Shown in pieces: positions 10,397 through 21,031 of a stretch of DNA of 64,000 nucleotides (the stretch's first letter is position 1; every line of letters starts with the position of its first letter). Under the pieces are notes generated by a model. That model did not search any database. It worked only from the letters and a program-made list of their open reading frames with translations, and was not told the DNA's origin. This DNA is from an uncultured Pseudomonadota bacterium (GTDB taxonomy: Bacteria > Pseudomonadota > Gammaproteobacteria > Burkholderiales > SG8-39). The stretch covers positions 103,787 through 167,786 of the forward strand of contig CAILKO010000043.1 in assembly GCA_903834835.1 (NCBI GenBank), given 5' to 3'. The position numbers and the translations under genes are program-made.

Positions 10397-10420
10397 GGAT
10401 GCGGCGCTGCCGCATTTTTT
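10397..10420 (+). terminator. Intrinsic-terminator-like hairpin in the thrS leader
   Basis: GGATGCGGC-GCT-GCCGCATTTTTT: 7 Watson-Crick pairs plus GU pairs, followed by a T6 run, located 78 nt upstream of the thrS ATG. An alternative pairing GCCGACATC (10379-10387) with GATGCGGC (10398-10405) would exclude it. Confidence 0.45.
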
Positions 10421-10497
10421 ATGTCCGCAGATACTCTGGCCAGGTGCCCGCCTCCGATGCGGACCGGCCGGAGCGGACCCACTCCAGGAAACAAGCA

Positions 10498-12405
10498 ATG
10501 CCTCAGATCAGATTGCCGGACGGTTCCCAGCGCAGCTTTCCGGGGCCGGTGAGCGTCGCGGAAGTGGCGCAGTCCATCGGCGCAGGACTCGCGCGTGCCG
10601 CGCTCGCCGGCCGGCTGGACGGAAAACTTGTGGATACGAGCCATCGCATCGAGACCGACGCGGATCTCGCGATCGTCACCGAGCGCGACCCCGAAGGCGT
10701 GGACATCATCCGCCATTCGAGCGCGCACCTGCTCGCGCATGCGGTGAAGGAACTCTTCCCCGATGCGCAGGTGACCATCGGCCCGGTGATCGACAATGGC
10801 TTCTACTACGATTTCTCCTACAAGCGCCCGTTCACGCCCGAGGACCTCGCGGCGATCGAGAAGCGCATGCTTGAAATCTCCAAGCGCGATGTTCCGGTCG
10901 CGCGCAGGCTCATGCCGCGCGACGAGGCGGTGGCGTTTTTTCGCGGACTCGGCGAGGCCTACAAGGCCGAGATCATCGCGTCCATCCCTTCGAACGAACC
11001 GATATCGCTCTACGAGCAGGGCAATTTCGTGGATCTGTGCCGGGGGCCGCACGTGCCCTCGACCGGCAAGCTCAAGGTCTTCAAGCTCATGCGTCTTGCC
11101 GGCGCCTACTGGCGCGGCGACTCGAAGAACGAAATGCTGCAGCGGGTCTACGGTACGGCCTGGGGTCGCAAGGAGGACCAGGACGCCTATCTGAAGATGC
11201 TGGAGGAGGCCGAGAAGCGCGACCATCGCCGACTCGGCACCCAGCTCGATCTGTTCCACATGCAGGACGAGGCGCCGGGCCTCGTGTTCTGGCATCCGAA
11301 GGGCTGGACGCTCTGGCAGCAGGTCGAGCAGTACATGCGCGGCGTGTATCGCGACAACGGCTATCAGGAAGTGCGCTGCCCGATGATTCTCGACCGCAGC
11401 CTGTGGGAGCGTACCGGTCACTGGGAAAACTACCGCGAGAACATGTTCACCACGGCCTCCGAGAACCGCGACTACGCGGTGAAGCCGATGAACTGTCCCG
11501 GGCATCTGATGATCTATACCAAGGGCGTGCGCAGCTATCGCGAACTGCCCTACCGGCTCGGTGAATTCGGTTCCTGCCATCGCAACGAGCCCTCGGGCGC
11601 GCTGCACGGTCTCATGCGGGTGCGCGGCTTTACCCAGGATGACGGCCACATTTTCTGCACCGAGGACCAGATACTCGACGAGTGCAGCGCTTTCACGCGG
11701 GTCCTTCAGGCGGTCTACGCGGATTTCGGCTTCAGCAATGTGATCTACAAGGTGGCGACCCGTCCGGCCAAGCGGATCGGGGCGGACGAACTCTGGGACA
11801 AGGCCGAACAGGCGCTGATGGAATCCCTGCGGCGCTCGAGGGTCGAGTTCGAGGTGACGCCGGGGGAAGGCGCGTTCTACGGGCCGAAGATCGAGTATTC
11901 GCTGAAGGACGCGATCGGCCGGGTCTGGCAGTGCGGCACGATCCAGGTGGACTTCAACATGCCGGGGCGCCTCGGCGCCGAGTATGTCGCAGAAGACAAT
12001 ACGCGGCGCACCCCCGTGATGCTGCATCGGGCGGTGGTCGGCTCGATGGAACGCTTCCTCGGGATTCTGATCGAGAACCACGCCGGCGCATTCCCGCTCT
12101 GGCTGGCGCCGGAGCAGGTGGTGGTCATGAATATCACCGAGCGGCAGGCCGACTACGCGGGGGAAGTTGCCCGCCAGTTGCGTGGAGCGGGCTTCCGGGT
12201 GGCGGCAGATTTGCGGAACGAAAAAATTTCCTATAAGATTCGGGAACATAGCTTGCAGAAACTGCCCTACCAGCTGGTCGTGGGGGACAAGGAAATGCAG
12301 GCTGGATCTGTAGCGGTACGCACGCGCGGTGGCGAAGATCTCGGGGCCATGCCCCTTGCTCAGTTCATCGCGAGGCTGTCCAGCGAAGTGGCAGCACGCG
12401 CGTAA
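10498..12405 (+). CDS. thrS: Threonine--tRNA ligase
   Basis: [14 protein letters not shown]... (TGS domain), [11 protein letters not shown] (editing-domain motif), class II core and anticodon-binding domain. The internal ATG at 10498 of ORF 10081..12405 is the start. Confidence 0.95.
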   Translation: MPQIRLPDGSQRSFPGPVSVAEVAQSIGAGLARAALAGRLDGKLVDTSHRIETDADLAIVTERDPEGVDIIRHSSAHLLAHAVKELFPDAQVTIGPVIDNGFYYDFSYKRPFTPEDLAAIEKRMLEISKRDVPVARRLMPRDEAVAFFRGLGEAYKAEIIASIPSNEPISLYEQGNFVDLCRGPHVPSTGKLKVFKLMRLAGAYWRGDSKNEMLQRVYGTAWGRKEDQDAYLKMLEEAEKRDHRRLGTQLDLFHMQDEAPGLVFWHPKGWTLWQQVEQYMRGVYRDNGYQEVRCPMILDRSLWERTGHWENYRENMFTTASENRDYAVKPMNCPGHLMIYTKGVRSYRELPYRLGEFGSCHRNEPSGALHGLMRVRGFTQDDGHIFCTEDQILDECSAFTRVLQAVYADFGFSNVIYKVATRPAKRIGADELWDKAEQALMESLRRSRVEFEVTPGEGAFYGPKIEYSLKDAIGRVWQCGTIQVDFNMPGRLGAEYVAEDNTRRTPVMLHRAVVGSMERFLGILIENHAGAFPLWLAPEQVVVMNITERQADYAGEVARQLRGAGFRVAADLRNEKISYKIREHSLQKLPYQLVVGDKEMQAGSVAVRTRGGEDLGAMPLAQFIARLSSEVAARA

Positions 12406-12597
12406 TCCTGAATCCTGCTGACGCGGTAGTGCGCCGGTCCGGGGCGGTACGGGACCGGGCAGGGCGTCATCACAGTGTGGCAACGGTTGCAGTACCGGAA
12501 TGCGTGGCGCGCCTCGAGCGCGCACGGTTCCGCGGGAAGCGTTTCCCGGACGGTAAGCGGACGCCGGCAAGTTACCGCGTTTAGAGGAGATACCCTC

Positions 12598-13239
12598 ATC
12601 GCACTCGAAAAGGCGCAGCGGCTCAACGGAGAGATCAACGCTCCCGAGGTCCGTCTGGTAGGAGAAAAGGGCGAGCAGCTCGGGATCGTTTCGATCGCCG
12701 AGGCTCAGCGGCTGGCGCAGGAGAAGGATGTCGATCTGGTTGAGATCGCTCCGACCGCCCAGCCCCCGGTATGCAAGCTGATGGACTTCGGCAAGTTCCG
12801 CTATCAGGAGCAGAAGCGGGCGCATGAGGCGAAGCTCAAGCAGAAGCAGATCCAGGTCAAGGAAATCAAGTTCCGGCCGCGCACGGACGAGGGTGATTAC
12901 AAGATCAAGGTCGGCAGGCTGACCGAGTTTCTGGAAGAGGGCGACAAGGTCAAGGTGACCCTGCGCTTCCGGGGCCGTGAAATGGCTCACCAGGAATTCG
13001 GCTTCAGAGTGCTGGAGCGGGTGAAGGCCGATCTCGAGCCCTATGGCCAGGTCGAGCAGTTCCCGAAGATGGAAGGCCGGCAGATGGTGATGGTCATCGC
13101 GCCGAAGAAGAAGATCACTACGGTGGTCCGGCCGAAGAAGGCGCGCTCGCACGACGATGCGCCGGCCGAAATGACGAGGGCGGAAGCGAAGCCGGCCGAA
13201 GCGAAGCCGGCGGAAGAGAACCCGGCGCCGGCAGCCTGA
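12598..13239 (+). CDS. infC: Translation initiation factor IF-3, probably with a non-canonical ATC start
   Basis: [25 protein letters not shown]...[13 protein letters not shown]...[12 protein letters not shown]...[10 protein letters not shown] is collinear with E. coli IF3. No ATG/GTG/TTG lies at the homologous N-terminus. An in-frame ATC at 12598 sits 7 nt after GAGGAGA. Confidence 0.8.
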   Translation: MALEKAQRLNGEINAPEVRLVGEKGEQLGIVSIAEAQRLAQEKDVDLVEIAPTAQPPVCKLMDFGKFRYQEQKRAHEAKLKQKQIQVKEIKFRPRTDEGDYKIKVGRLTEFLEEGDKVKVTLRFRGREMAHQEFGFRVLERVKADLEPYGQVEQFPKMEGRQMVMVIAPKKKITTVVRPKKARSHDDAPAEMTRAEAKPAEAKPAEENPAPAA

Positions 13240-13387
13240 GAGCGCCGGCCGCAACGATGAATTTGCGCCGCGAGGCGCAAAGGGGCCCGGCCTGGATGCC
13301 GGGTTCAGAAGAAGTGATGTCCGAGGTAGTTGAAGCGTCCGCGTCGCGGGCCACCCGGCGTCAAGCTAAAAGAGAGAAGGAAGCATC

Positions 13388-13588
13388 ATGCCAAAAGTGA
13401 AGACCAAGAAGAGCGCGTCCAAGCGCTTCAAGGTCCGTCCGGGCGGAACCATCAAGCGTTCCCAGGCCTACAAGCGCCACATCCTGACCAAGAAGTCACC
13501 GAAGCGCATCCGTCAGCTGCGCGGCACCGCGAACGTCCACGACACCAACATGAAGGCAGTGATGGCCATGCTGCCTTATGCCGGGTAA
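13388..13588 (+). CDS. rpmI: 50S ribosomal protein L35
   Basis: [24 protein letters not shown]... Confidence 0.95.
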   Translation: MPKVKTKKSASKRFKVRPGGTIKRSQAYKRHILTKKSPKRIRQLRGTANVHDTNMKAVMAMLPYAG

Positions 13589-13597
13589 GGAGCCGCC

Positions 13598-15119
<1,522 letters not shown>

Positions 15120-15121
15120 TC

Positions 15122-17503
15122 ATGCAGATACCCGAAAGCTGGCTGCGCAGTCTCGTGAACCCGCCGCTCTCCGGCGAGGCGCTCGCGGAGCTGCTGACGA
15201 TGTCCGGTCTGGAAGTCGAGGAGCGGCGCTCGCTCGGCAATTTCACCGGCATCGTGGTCGCCGAAGTAGTGGCGACGGAAAAGCACCCCAATGCGGACAA
15301 GCTCACGATCTGCCGCGTCGATACAGGCAGCGAAGTGCTGCAGATCGTCTGCGGCGCGCCGAACGTGCGCGCGGGGCTCAAGGCGCCGCTTGCCATGCTA
15401 GGCGCGAAACTGCCCGATGGCATGGAGATCAAGAAGGCAAAGATGCGCGGCGTGGAGAGCTTCGGCATGCTCTGCTCGGCGCGCGAGCTCGGCCTCACGC
15501 AGGATCATGCTGGTCTCCTGGAACTCGATGCGGGCGCTGAAAAAGGCACCGACCTGCGCGCGCTGCTCGGGCTGGACGAAGCGCTGCTGACGCTCAAGCT
15601 CACGCCGAACCGGGCGGACTGCCTGTCGATACTCGGGGTGGCGCGCGAAGTCTCGGCGCTCACCGGGGTGCCGCTCGTGGCGCCCGAGATCACGCCGGTG
15701 GCTGCCGTGAACGACGCGCGGCTCGCGGTGCAGGTGCGCGCGCCGGATCTCTGCGGCCGCTTCTCCGGCCGCGTGATGAAGAACGTGAATGCGCGTGCCG
15801 CCACGCCGGACTGGATGAAGCGCCGGCTCGAGCGCGCCGGACAGCGCCCGATCTCGGCGCTCGTCGATATCTCGAACTACGTGATGCTCGAACTCGGTCG
15901 CCCGACCCACATCTTCGATCTGGACAAGGTGAAGGGCGAGCTTGAAGTGCGCTGGGGCCGCGCGGACGAGAAGGTCGAACTCCTGAACGGCCAGACCGTG
16001 GCGCTCGCGCCCGATGTCGGCGTGATCGCCGACGCATCGGGCGTGGAGGCGATCGCCGGCATCATGGGCGGTGCGGCCACGGCGGTTTCGGACGACACGC
16101 GCAACATCTTCATCGAGGCCGCCTTCTGGTGGCCCGAGGCGATTGCAGGCCGTGCGCGACGCTACAACTTTTCCACCGAGGCGGCGCATCGTTTCGAGCG
16201 CGGCGTGGATTTCGCGACCACCGTGCTGCATATCGAACGGGTCACGCGTCTGGTGCTGGACATCTGCGGGGGCGAGCCCGGTCCGATCGACGACCAGGTG
16301 CTCGGCCTGCCCGAGCGCGCGCCGGTGCGCATGCGCGTCGCGCGGGCGCAGAAGGTGATCGGCGTGCCTATTGCCGCCGAGGAGATGGCGGACATCTTCA
16401 GGCGCCTCGGATTCGCGCACGCGCGCGAAGGCGAGAGTTTCGTGGTCACGCCGCCGAGTTTCCGCTTCGATCTGCAGATCGAGGAAGACCTGATCGAAGA
16501 AATCGCGCGTGTGCACGGTTTCGATCGCATCCCGGCCGAGCCGCCTCATGCGGAGGCACGTCTGCGCCTGCCCTCGGAGTCGCGTCGCAGTCTGCATGCG
16601 GTGCGCGAGCGCCTGGCCGCCGCGGACTATGTCGAGGTGATCAATTTCAGTTTCGTCGAACCGCAGCGGGAAGCCGATCTGGCCGGCGAAGAAAACCCGG
16701 TCCGGTTGCTCAACCCGATTGCGAGCCAGCTTTCCGTGATGCGCAGTTCGCTCGCTGGCGGCCTCGTCGCCAACCTGTGCCACAACCTCGCGCGCAAGCT
16801 TGCACGGGTGCGCGTGTTCGAGGTCGGCCGTGTCTTTGCGCGCGATCCGCAGGCGAAGGAGGATGCGCTCGGCGTGGCGGGTATCAGCCAGCCTCTGCGC
16901 GTGGCGGGCGCGGCCTACGGCCCCGCAGTCGATGAGCAGTGGGGTGCCGAGACCCGCGATGTGGATTTCTTCGATGTGAAGGCCGATGTCGAAGCCCTGT
17001 TCGCGCCGCGCGCGCTGCGCTTCGAGGCGGCGCCGCACCCGGCCTTGCACCCCGGGCGCTCGGCGCGGGTCCTCGCCGATGGCCGGGTCGTCGGCTGGAT
17101 CGGGGAGCTGCACCCCAGGTGGCAGCGCAAGTACGATCTGCCGCGTCCGGCGGTGCTGTTCGAGCTCGATGCCGCGGCGCTCGGCGAGAGTCCGATGCCG
17201 GCCGCGAGCCTCCCTTCGCGCTTCCCTCCGGTAGTTCGCGATATCGCGGTGCTGGTCGACGCTGCGGTGCCTGTGCAGGCCCTGCTGGACGCCATGCTGG
17301 CGGCGCGTCCCCCGATCGTCAGCGCGCTCCAGGTGTTCGATCTCTACCAGGGTGACAAGCTCCCAAAAGGGAAAAAAAGCCTTGCTTTCCGGGTAGTTAT
17401 GCAAGATACTGAACGCACCCTCACGGATGCCGAGGCAGACGCCGCAAGCGAGTTTCTGGTGGCCCTGCTGGGTCGGGAATTTGCCGCTTCACTGCGGACC
17501 TGA
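15122..17503 (+). CDS. pheT: Phenylalanine--tRNA ligase beta subunit
   Basis: MQIPESWLRSLVNP..., tRNA-binding domain (HPNADKLTICRVD), B3/4, B5 and FDX-ACB domains, 793 aa. Confidence 0.95.
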   Translation: MQIPESWLRSLVNPPLSGEALAELLTMSGLEVEERRSLGNFTGIVVAEVVATEKHPNADKLTICRVDTGSEVLQIVCGAPNVRAGLKAPLAMLGAKLPDGMEIKKAKMRGVESFGMLCSARELGLTQDHAGLLELDAGAEKGTDLRALLGLDEALLTLKLTPNRADCLSILGVAREVSALTGVPLVAPEITPVAAVNDARLAVQVRAPDLCGRFSGRVMKNVNARAATPDWMKRRLERAGQRPISALVDISNYVMLELGRPTHIFDLDKVKGELEVRWGRADEKVELLNGQTVALAPDVGVIADASGVEAIAGIMGGAATAVSDDTRNIFIEAAFWWPEAIAGRARRYNFSTEAAHRFERGVDFATTVLHIERVTRLVLDICGGEPGPIDDQVLGLPERAPVRMRVARAQKVIGVPIAAEEMADIFRRLGFAHAREGESFVVTPPSFRFDLQIEEDLIEEIARVHGFDRIPAEPPHAEARLRLPSESRRSLHAVRERLAAADYVEVINFSFVEPQREADLAGEENPVRLLNPIASQLSVMRSSLAGGLVANLCHNLARKLARVRVFEVGRVFARDPQAKEDALGVAGISQPLRVAGAAYGPAVDEQWGAETRDVDFFDVKADVEALFAPRALRFEAAPHPALHPGRSARVLADGRVVGWIGELHPRWQRKYDLPRPAVLFELDAAALGESPMPAASLPSRFPPVVRDIAVLVDAAVPVQALLDAMLAARPPIVSALQVFDLYQGDKLPKGKKSLAFRVVMQDTERTLTDAEADAASEFLVALLGREFAASLRT

Positions 17504-17557
17504 CGGCGTGACGGCGGGGAAGAAAGCAGGGAAAGAAGAAAGGGTCAGGGAGTGGGG

Positions 17558-17869
17558 ATGACGCTTACAAAGGCTGAACTGGCTGACCTGTTGTTCGAAA
17601 AGGTCGGTCTGAACAAGCGCGAAGCGAAGGACATGGTCGAGGCGTTCTTCGAGGAGATTCGCGGTGCGCTGGAGCGCGGCGAAAGCGTCAAGCTCTCGGG
17701 TTTCGGCAATTTCCAGTTGCGCGACAAGCCGCAGCGTCCGGGACGCAATCCCAAGACCGGCGAGGAAATTCCCATTTCCGCGCGCCGTGTCGTCACCTTC
17801 CACGCGAGCCAGAAGCTGAAAGCCATGGTTGAAAAGGCGCGCCATGGCAACGAATCGAAAGAAGGCTGA
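17558..17869 (+). CDS. ihfA: Integration host factor alpha subunit
   Basis: [35 protein letters not shown]...[26 protein letters not shown] is nearly collinear with E. coli IhfA. I prefer the ATG at 17558 over the GTG at 17552. Confidence 0.95.
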   Translation: MTLTKAELADLLFEKVGLNKREAKDMVEAFFEEIRGALERGESVKLSGFGNFQLRDKPQRPGRNPKTGEEIPISARRVVTFHASQKLKAMVEKARHGNESKEG

Positions 17870-18227
17870 ACTCCCTCCGATACCCGCCAAGCGCTACTTC
17901 ACCATCGGTGAGGTAAGCGAGCTTTGCGGCGTCAAGCCCCATGTGCTGCGCTACTGGGAGCAGGAGTTCACGCAGCTGAAACCGGTGAAGCGCCGTGGCA
18001 ACCGGCGCTACTACCAGCACCACGAAGTCCTGCTCATCCGTCGTATCCGCGGCCTGCTCTACGAAGAAGGCTTCACCATCAGCGGGGCGCGTAACCGGCT
18101 CGATAGCGGGCTGGGCGGCGCCGAGCCTGAAACGCAGCGTCCGGCACCTGCGCCCGCCGCGGGCGAAGTGGACCTCAAGGAACTGAAGCGCGAATTGCGC
18201 GAACTGCTCGATACGCTCGGGAAGTAG
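17844..18227 (+). CDS. MerR family transcriptional regulator (the conserved partner of ihfA)
   Basis: [25 protein letters not shown]...RRGNRRYY is a MerR-type HTH. It overlaps the ihfA 3' end by 26 nt. Its effector and targets are unknown. Confidence 0.8.
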   Translation: MATNRKKAELPPIPAKRYFTIGEVSELCGVKPHVLRYWEQEFTQLKPVKRRGNRRYYQHHEVLLIRRIRGLLYEEGFTISGARNRLDSGLGGAEPETQRPAPAPAAGEVDLKELKRELRELLDTLGK

Positions 18228-18251
18228 GGCAGGAGAATCGGGGCTTTCGGG

Positions 18252-18281
18252 ATAGATAGTAACAAATACGTTACTATTTAT
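18252..18281. repeat. AT-rich 30-bp palindrome, copy a (ATAGATAGTAAC AAATAC GTTACTATTTAT)
   Basis: Read directly from the sequence: 12-nt arms (11/12 complementary) around a 6-nt centre. It lies 24 nt after the merR stop and about 90 nt before tRNA-Pro. Confidence 0.85.
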
Positions 18282-18369
18282 TCCGTATCGATCCAGGATT
18301 CTCCCCTCGCGCCTCCGCGCATCAAAAATCGGATACCGCAGTACGCACGGCAGGCTAAAATGGGCGCTT

Positions 18370-18446
<77 letters not shown>

Positions 18447-18468
18447 GAATTCAGGATGGAAGCAGATC

Positions 18469-18494
18469 AAAAGGCCGCAGCGATGCGGCCTTTT
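18469..18494. terminator. Bidirectional intrinsic terminator (AAAA-GGCCGCA-GCGA-TGCGGCC-TTTT)
   Basis: A 7-bp GC-rich stem flanked by an A-tract and a T-tract. It sits between the tRNA-Pro 3' end and the stop of the convergent ANL ligase gene. Confidence 0.75.
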
Positions 18495-18514
18495 GCATTT
18501 CCGCTTTCGTCGAT

Positions 18515-19951
18515 CTAGGTCGAGTCATCCTTCACTCCCATCATCCGCCGTTGCACCTTGCCCGTCCCGGTGCGCGGGAAGCGATCGAAGAACGCGACTT
18601 TCACGTCTCCGAGACTGCTCTTGAGTTCGGCCGTAATGCGGCGGCGCAGGGCGGCCCTGGGTGCGGTGGCGGGCTGTTCGATGCAGACGACGACGGTGTC
18701 CCGCTGGGCGAGCAGCACGCAATCGAGCACGCCATCGATCTGCTTGATTGACTGCTCCCAGGGCGCGGGTGCGAGCTTGATGCCACCGACGTTCAGCACG
18801 TCGTCGCCGCGTCCCAGCAGCTCGAGCACACCCGGTCCCGTCATGCGTCCCAGATCGTTCGACAGGAACCAGCCGTCGCGAAAGTGGCGCGCGCTGAGTT
18901 CGGGTTCATTCAGATAGGCAAGCGTGTTCTGCGGACTTTTAACGGCGATGAGGCCGGTTTCGCCGGCTGGAAGTTCACTACCGTCCGCGGCGCGGATCTT
19001 TACTTCGACGCCGGGGTAGATGAGGCACCTGCCGTCCGCAGTCGATTCCGCGATCTGGCCGGTTTCGTTGGCGGAGTAGGAATTCACCACGCGATCGGCG
19101 AGGGTGGATTCGAGCCAGCGGCGGTTCGCGAGCGGCAGGGCCGCCCCGAGTACCCGGACGGAGTCGAGGCGGCACTGGAACGGCGCCTCGGCGTGCATGC
19201 GTGCCAGCAGTTCGACATCGCGCAGCAGCAGCGGCGCGTGGGAGTGCGGTCTTTGCTGAGCTTCCGCCGGAAACGCCTGCAGGGTCGAAAAGACGGTGCA
19301 TCCCCCGCGGTTCATCGCTGCAACCGCTGCGACGTAGGCGGCACCCACCGTCAGGTCATACAGGGAAATCAGATCGGTGACCGGCGGCTGGAAATACATC
19401 TGCCCGATCAGGCGGATCTGGCTGCACACGCCGGCCCAGGTTTCGCAAAAGAATTTCTTGCCGCCGGTCGTCGCGGAGGTGCTGCCGAGGAATGCGATTT
19501 CCTCTTCGCCGCGAGCGCGCGCAAGGCGTCCCAGGTCGGCAGGGCTTGCGGGCGCTTGCGTAATTTCGCGGATGACATCGGGTGTTATCGGGACGCAGCG
19601 GATGCCGGCGGGCGGCGTCAGATCCATGCGATCAGCGAGCAGGACGTCGCAATGCGCAAGGGCACGGTCGGAGGTCGCAGCGGACGGCGCAAGATGCGCT
19701 GCGGCGGCACCGATGACTTCCAGCGCGAATGCGAGGACCAGTCGCAGATAGCGGTCCTCGCAGGCGACCGCGACCATCATCCCCTGCGCGATGCCGCGCT
19801 CTTCGAGCGCGCGCGCGAATCCGGCGATGTGCGTGGTGAGATCGCGATAGCAGTGGCTGCGCTTGCGCCAGACGACAGCGATGCTGTCGGGCCTGTCACG
19901 CGCCCAGCGCAGCGCGGCCTGCCCGGCTGTCAGGATGCTGTTCGGAGACAT
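18515..19951 (-). CDS. ANL-superfamily adenylate-forming enzyme (divergent acyl-CoA synthetase-like)
   Basis: Degenerate but recognisable motifs are present: STSATTGGKK (A3), YSANETG (A5), GRGDDVLNVGGIKLAP (A8), FPRTGTGKV (A10). I chose the internal ATG at 19951 because the longer ORF would overlap the divergent SDR gene. Confidence 0.65.
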   Translation of the reverse strand: MSPNSILTAGQAALRWARDRPDSIAVVWRKRSHCYRDLTTHIAGFARALEERGIAQGMMVAVACEDRYLRLVLAFALEVIGAAAAHLAPSAATSDRALAHCDVLLADRMDLTPPAGIRCVPITPDVIREITQAPASPADLGRLARARGEEEIAFLGSTSATTGGKKFFCETWAGVCSQIRLIGQMYFQPPVTDLISLYDLTVGAAYVAAVAAMNRGGCTVFSTLQAFPAEAQQRPHSHAPLLLRDVELLARMHAEAPFQCRLDSVRVLGAALPLANRRWLESTLADRVVNSYSANETGQIAESTADGRCLIYPGVEVKIRAADGSELPAGETGLIAVKSPQNTLAYLNEPELSARHFRDGWFLSNDLGRMTGPGVLELLGRGDDVLNVGGIKLAPAPWEQSIKQIDGVLDCVLLAQRDTVVVCIEQPATAPRAALRRRITAELKSSLGDVKVAFFDRFPRTGTGKVQRRMMGVKDDST

Positions 19952-20174
19952 GGCTGGGGGCAGGTCATGGATATTGTCTTTACTGCACGATTGCGGCGTC
20001 GATGATACGCAAGTGTGCGGCGTCGCCGAACGTTTGCGGGCCACCATGTGGAACGAGAAGCGCCGCCAATTGACATCAAGCGCCGCTGCGGCGACCATCG
20101 CAGGCCGGCCAAGGGCCCCCCTCCGCAGGGGGCATGCGGTTCCTGGTCCCCTCAGCGTCTTATAGGAGAAACAC

Positions 20175-21005
20175 ATGGCAGGTCTGGACCCCAAGCAGGC
20201 GGGCAGAGTTCGTCTCAAGGACAAGGTATGCGTCGTGACCGGCGCGGGCCAGGGTATCGGGCGCGCGGTGGCCCGGCGCCTGGGCGACGAGGGCGGCAAG
20301 ATCGTCGTCGCGGAGCGCGTCGACGAGAGCGCTACCCGGACGACGGAAGAACTTACCAAGAGCGGCATCACGGCGATCAAGGCGCTTGCGGACGTGAGCA
20401 CCTACTCGGGCGCGCAGAGCCTGATGAAGACCGCCCTGGACGCCTTCGGGCGGGTCGACGTGCTCGTCAATAACGTCGGTGGCACGATCTGGATCCAGCC
20501 CTTCCATGAGTTCACCGAGGAGCAGATCCATCTCGAGCTGCAGCGCAGCCTGCACACGACGCTGTTCTGCTGCCACGCGGTGCTGCCGATCATGATCAAG
20601 CAGCAGGGCGGGTCGATCGTGAACGTCGGCTCGCAGTCGCCGCGCGGACTCTATCGACTGCCCTATGCGACCTCCAAGGGCGGGGTCATCGCGATGACCA
20701 AGGTGCTCGCGATGGAATACGGCCGCTACAACATCCGCGTGAACTGCGTCTCGCCGGGCGGCACCGCCGTGAACGACATGGTGACCACGCGTCTTACGAT
20801 CAAACCGGGCGAAGTGGCCAAGGCGCCGGAGTCGGAGCAGTACAAGGGCTACCGCGAAGAGATGTACAACGACATCCGCAACCAGCAGGCACTGAAGCGC
20901 TCCGGTACGCCGGACGAGCAGGCCGCGGCCATCGCCTTCCTCGCCTCCGACGATGCGTCGTTCATCACGGGTGATGTGATCAACTGCAGCGGCGGCCAGG
21001 GCTAG
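20175..21005 (+). CDS. Short-chain dehydrogenase, BenD/XylL-like (cis-diol carboxylate dehydrogenase family)
   Basis: TGAGQGIGRAVA (Rossmann motif), NNVGGTIWIQPFHEFTEEQI, YATSKGG, FLASDDASFITG. From memory it is collinear with Acinetobacter BenD. The substrate is not inferable. Confidence 0.7.
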   Translation: MAGLDPKQAGRVRLKDKVCVVTGAGQGIGRAVARRLGDEGGKIVVAERVDESATRTTEELTKSGITAIKALADVSTYSGAQSLMKTALDAFGRVDVLVNNVGGTIWIQPFHEFTEEQIHLELQRSLHTTLFCCHAVLPIMIKQQGGSIVNVGSQSPRGLYRLPYATSKGGVIAMTKVLAMEYGRYNIRVNCVSPGGTAVNDMVTTRLTIKPGEVAKAPESEQYKGYREEMYNDIRNQQALKRSGTPDEQAAAIAFLASDDASFITGDVINCSGGQG

Positions 21006-21031
21006 CCTGACGGGAGTTCAGGAGGGGGAGC

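Noticed and set aside
13170-13230. Short tandem nucleotide repeats (GCGGAAGCGAAGCCGGCC x2 in the infC tail; GGGTCTGACCC x2 at 23311) considered as possible CRISPR or VNTR arrays.
   Set aside because: There are only two units each. The first pair is inside a coding region and the second forms a hairpin. There are no spacers and no cas genes.
10366-13254. A very long antisense ORF (962 aa) opposite thrS/infC. Similar giant ORFs lie opposite other genes: 5703..7895 (+), 8100..10049 (+), 15398..17404 (-), 23956..25167 (-), 26278..27609 (-), 29020..30942 (-), 32018..33406 (-), 21440..22690 (-).
   Set aside because: Each one lies antisense to, or out of frame with, a gene whose product has unmistakable family motifs. 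Their translations are Arg/Ala/Gly/Pro/His-rich low-complexity strings, which is typical of stop-poor frames in GC-rich DNA. They are shadow ORFs, not genes.
18252-18281. The palindrome as a dif/Xer site (11-bp arms plus a 6-bp centre, with TATGTTA resembling the XerD arm), or as a Fur, Zur or IscR box.
   Set aside because: dif should be unique per replicon, but there are three copies within 16 kb, and the arms do not match GGTGCGCATAA/TTATGTTAAAT. Fur (GATAAT hexamers), Zur (GTTAT...ATAAC) and IscR type 1 consensus sequences differ in half-site sequence or orientation.
19952-20174. Small palindromes in the ANL/SDR divergent region (GCCCCC-TCCGCA-GGGGGC at about 20118-20137; CGAACGTTTG) as operators.
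   Set aside because: They are short, GC-rich and unrepeated, which is indistinguishable from chance in this composition. No regulator gene is nearby to tie them to.
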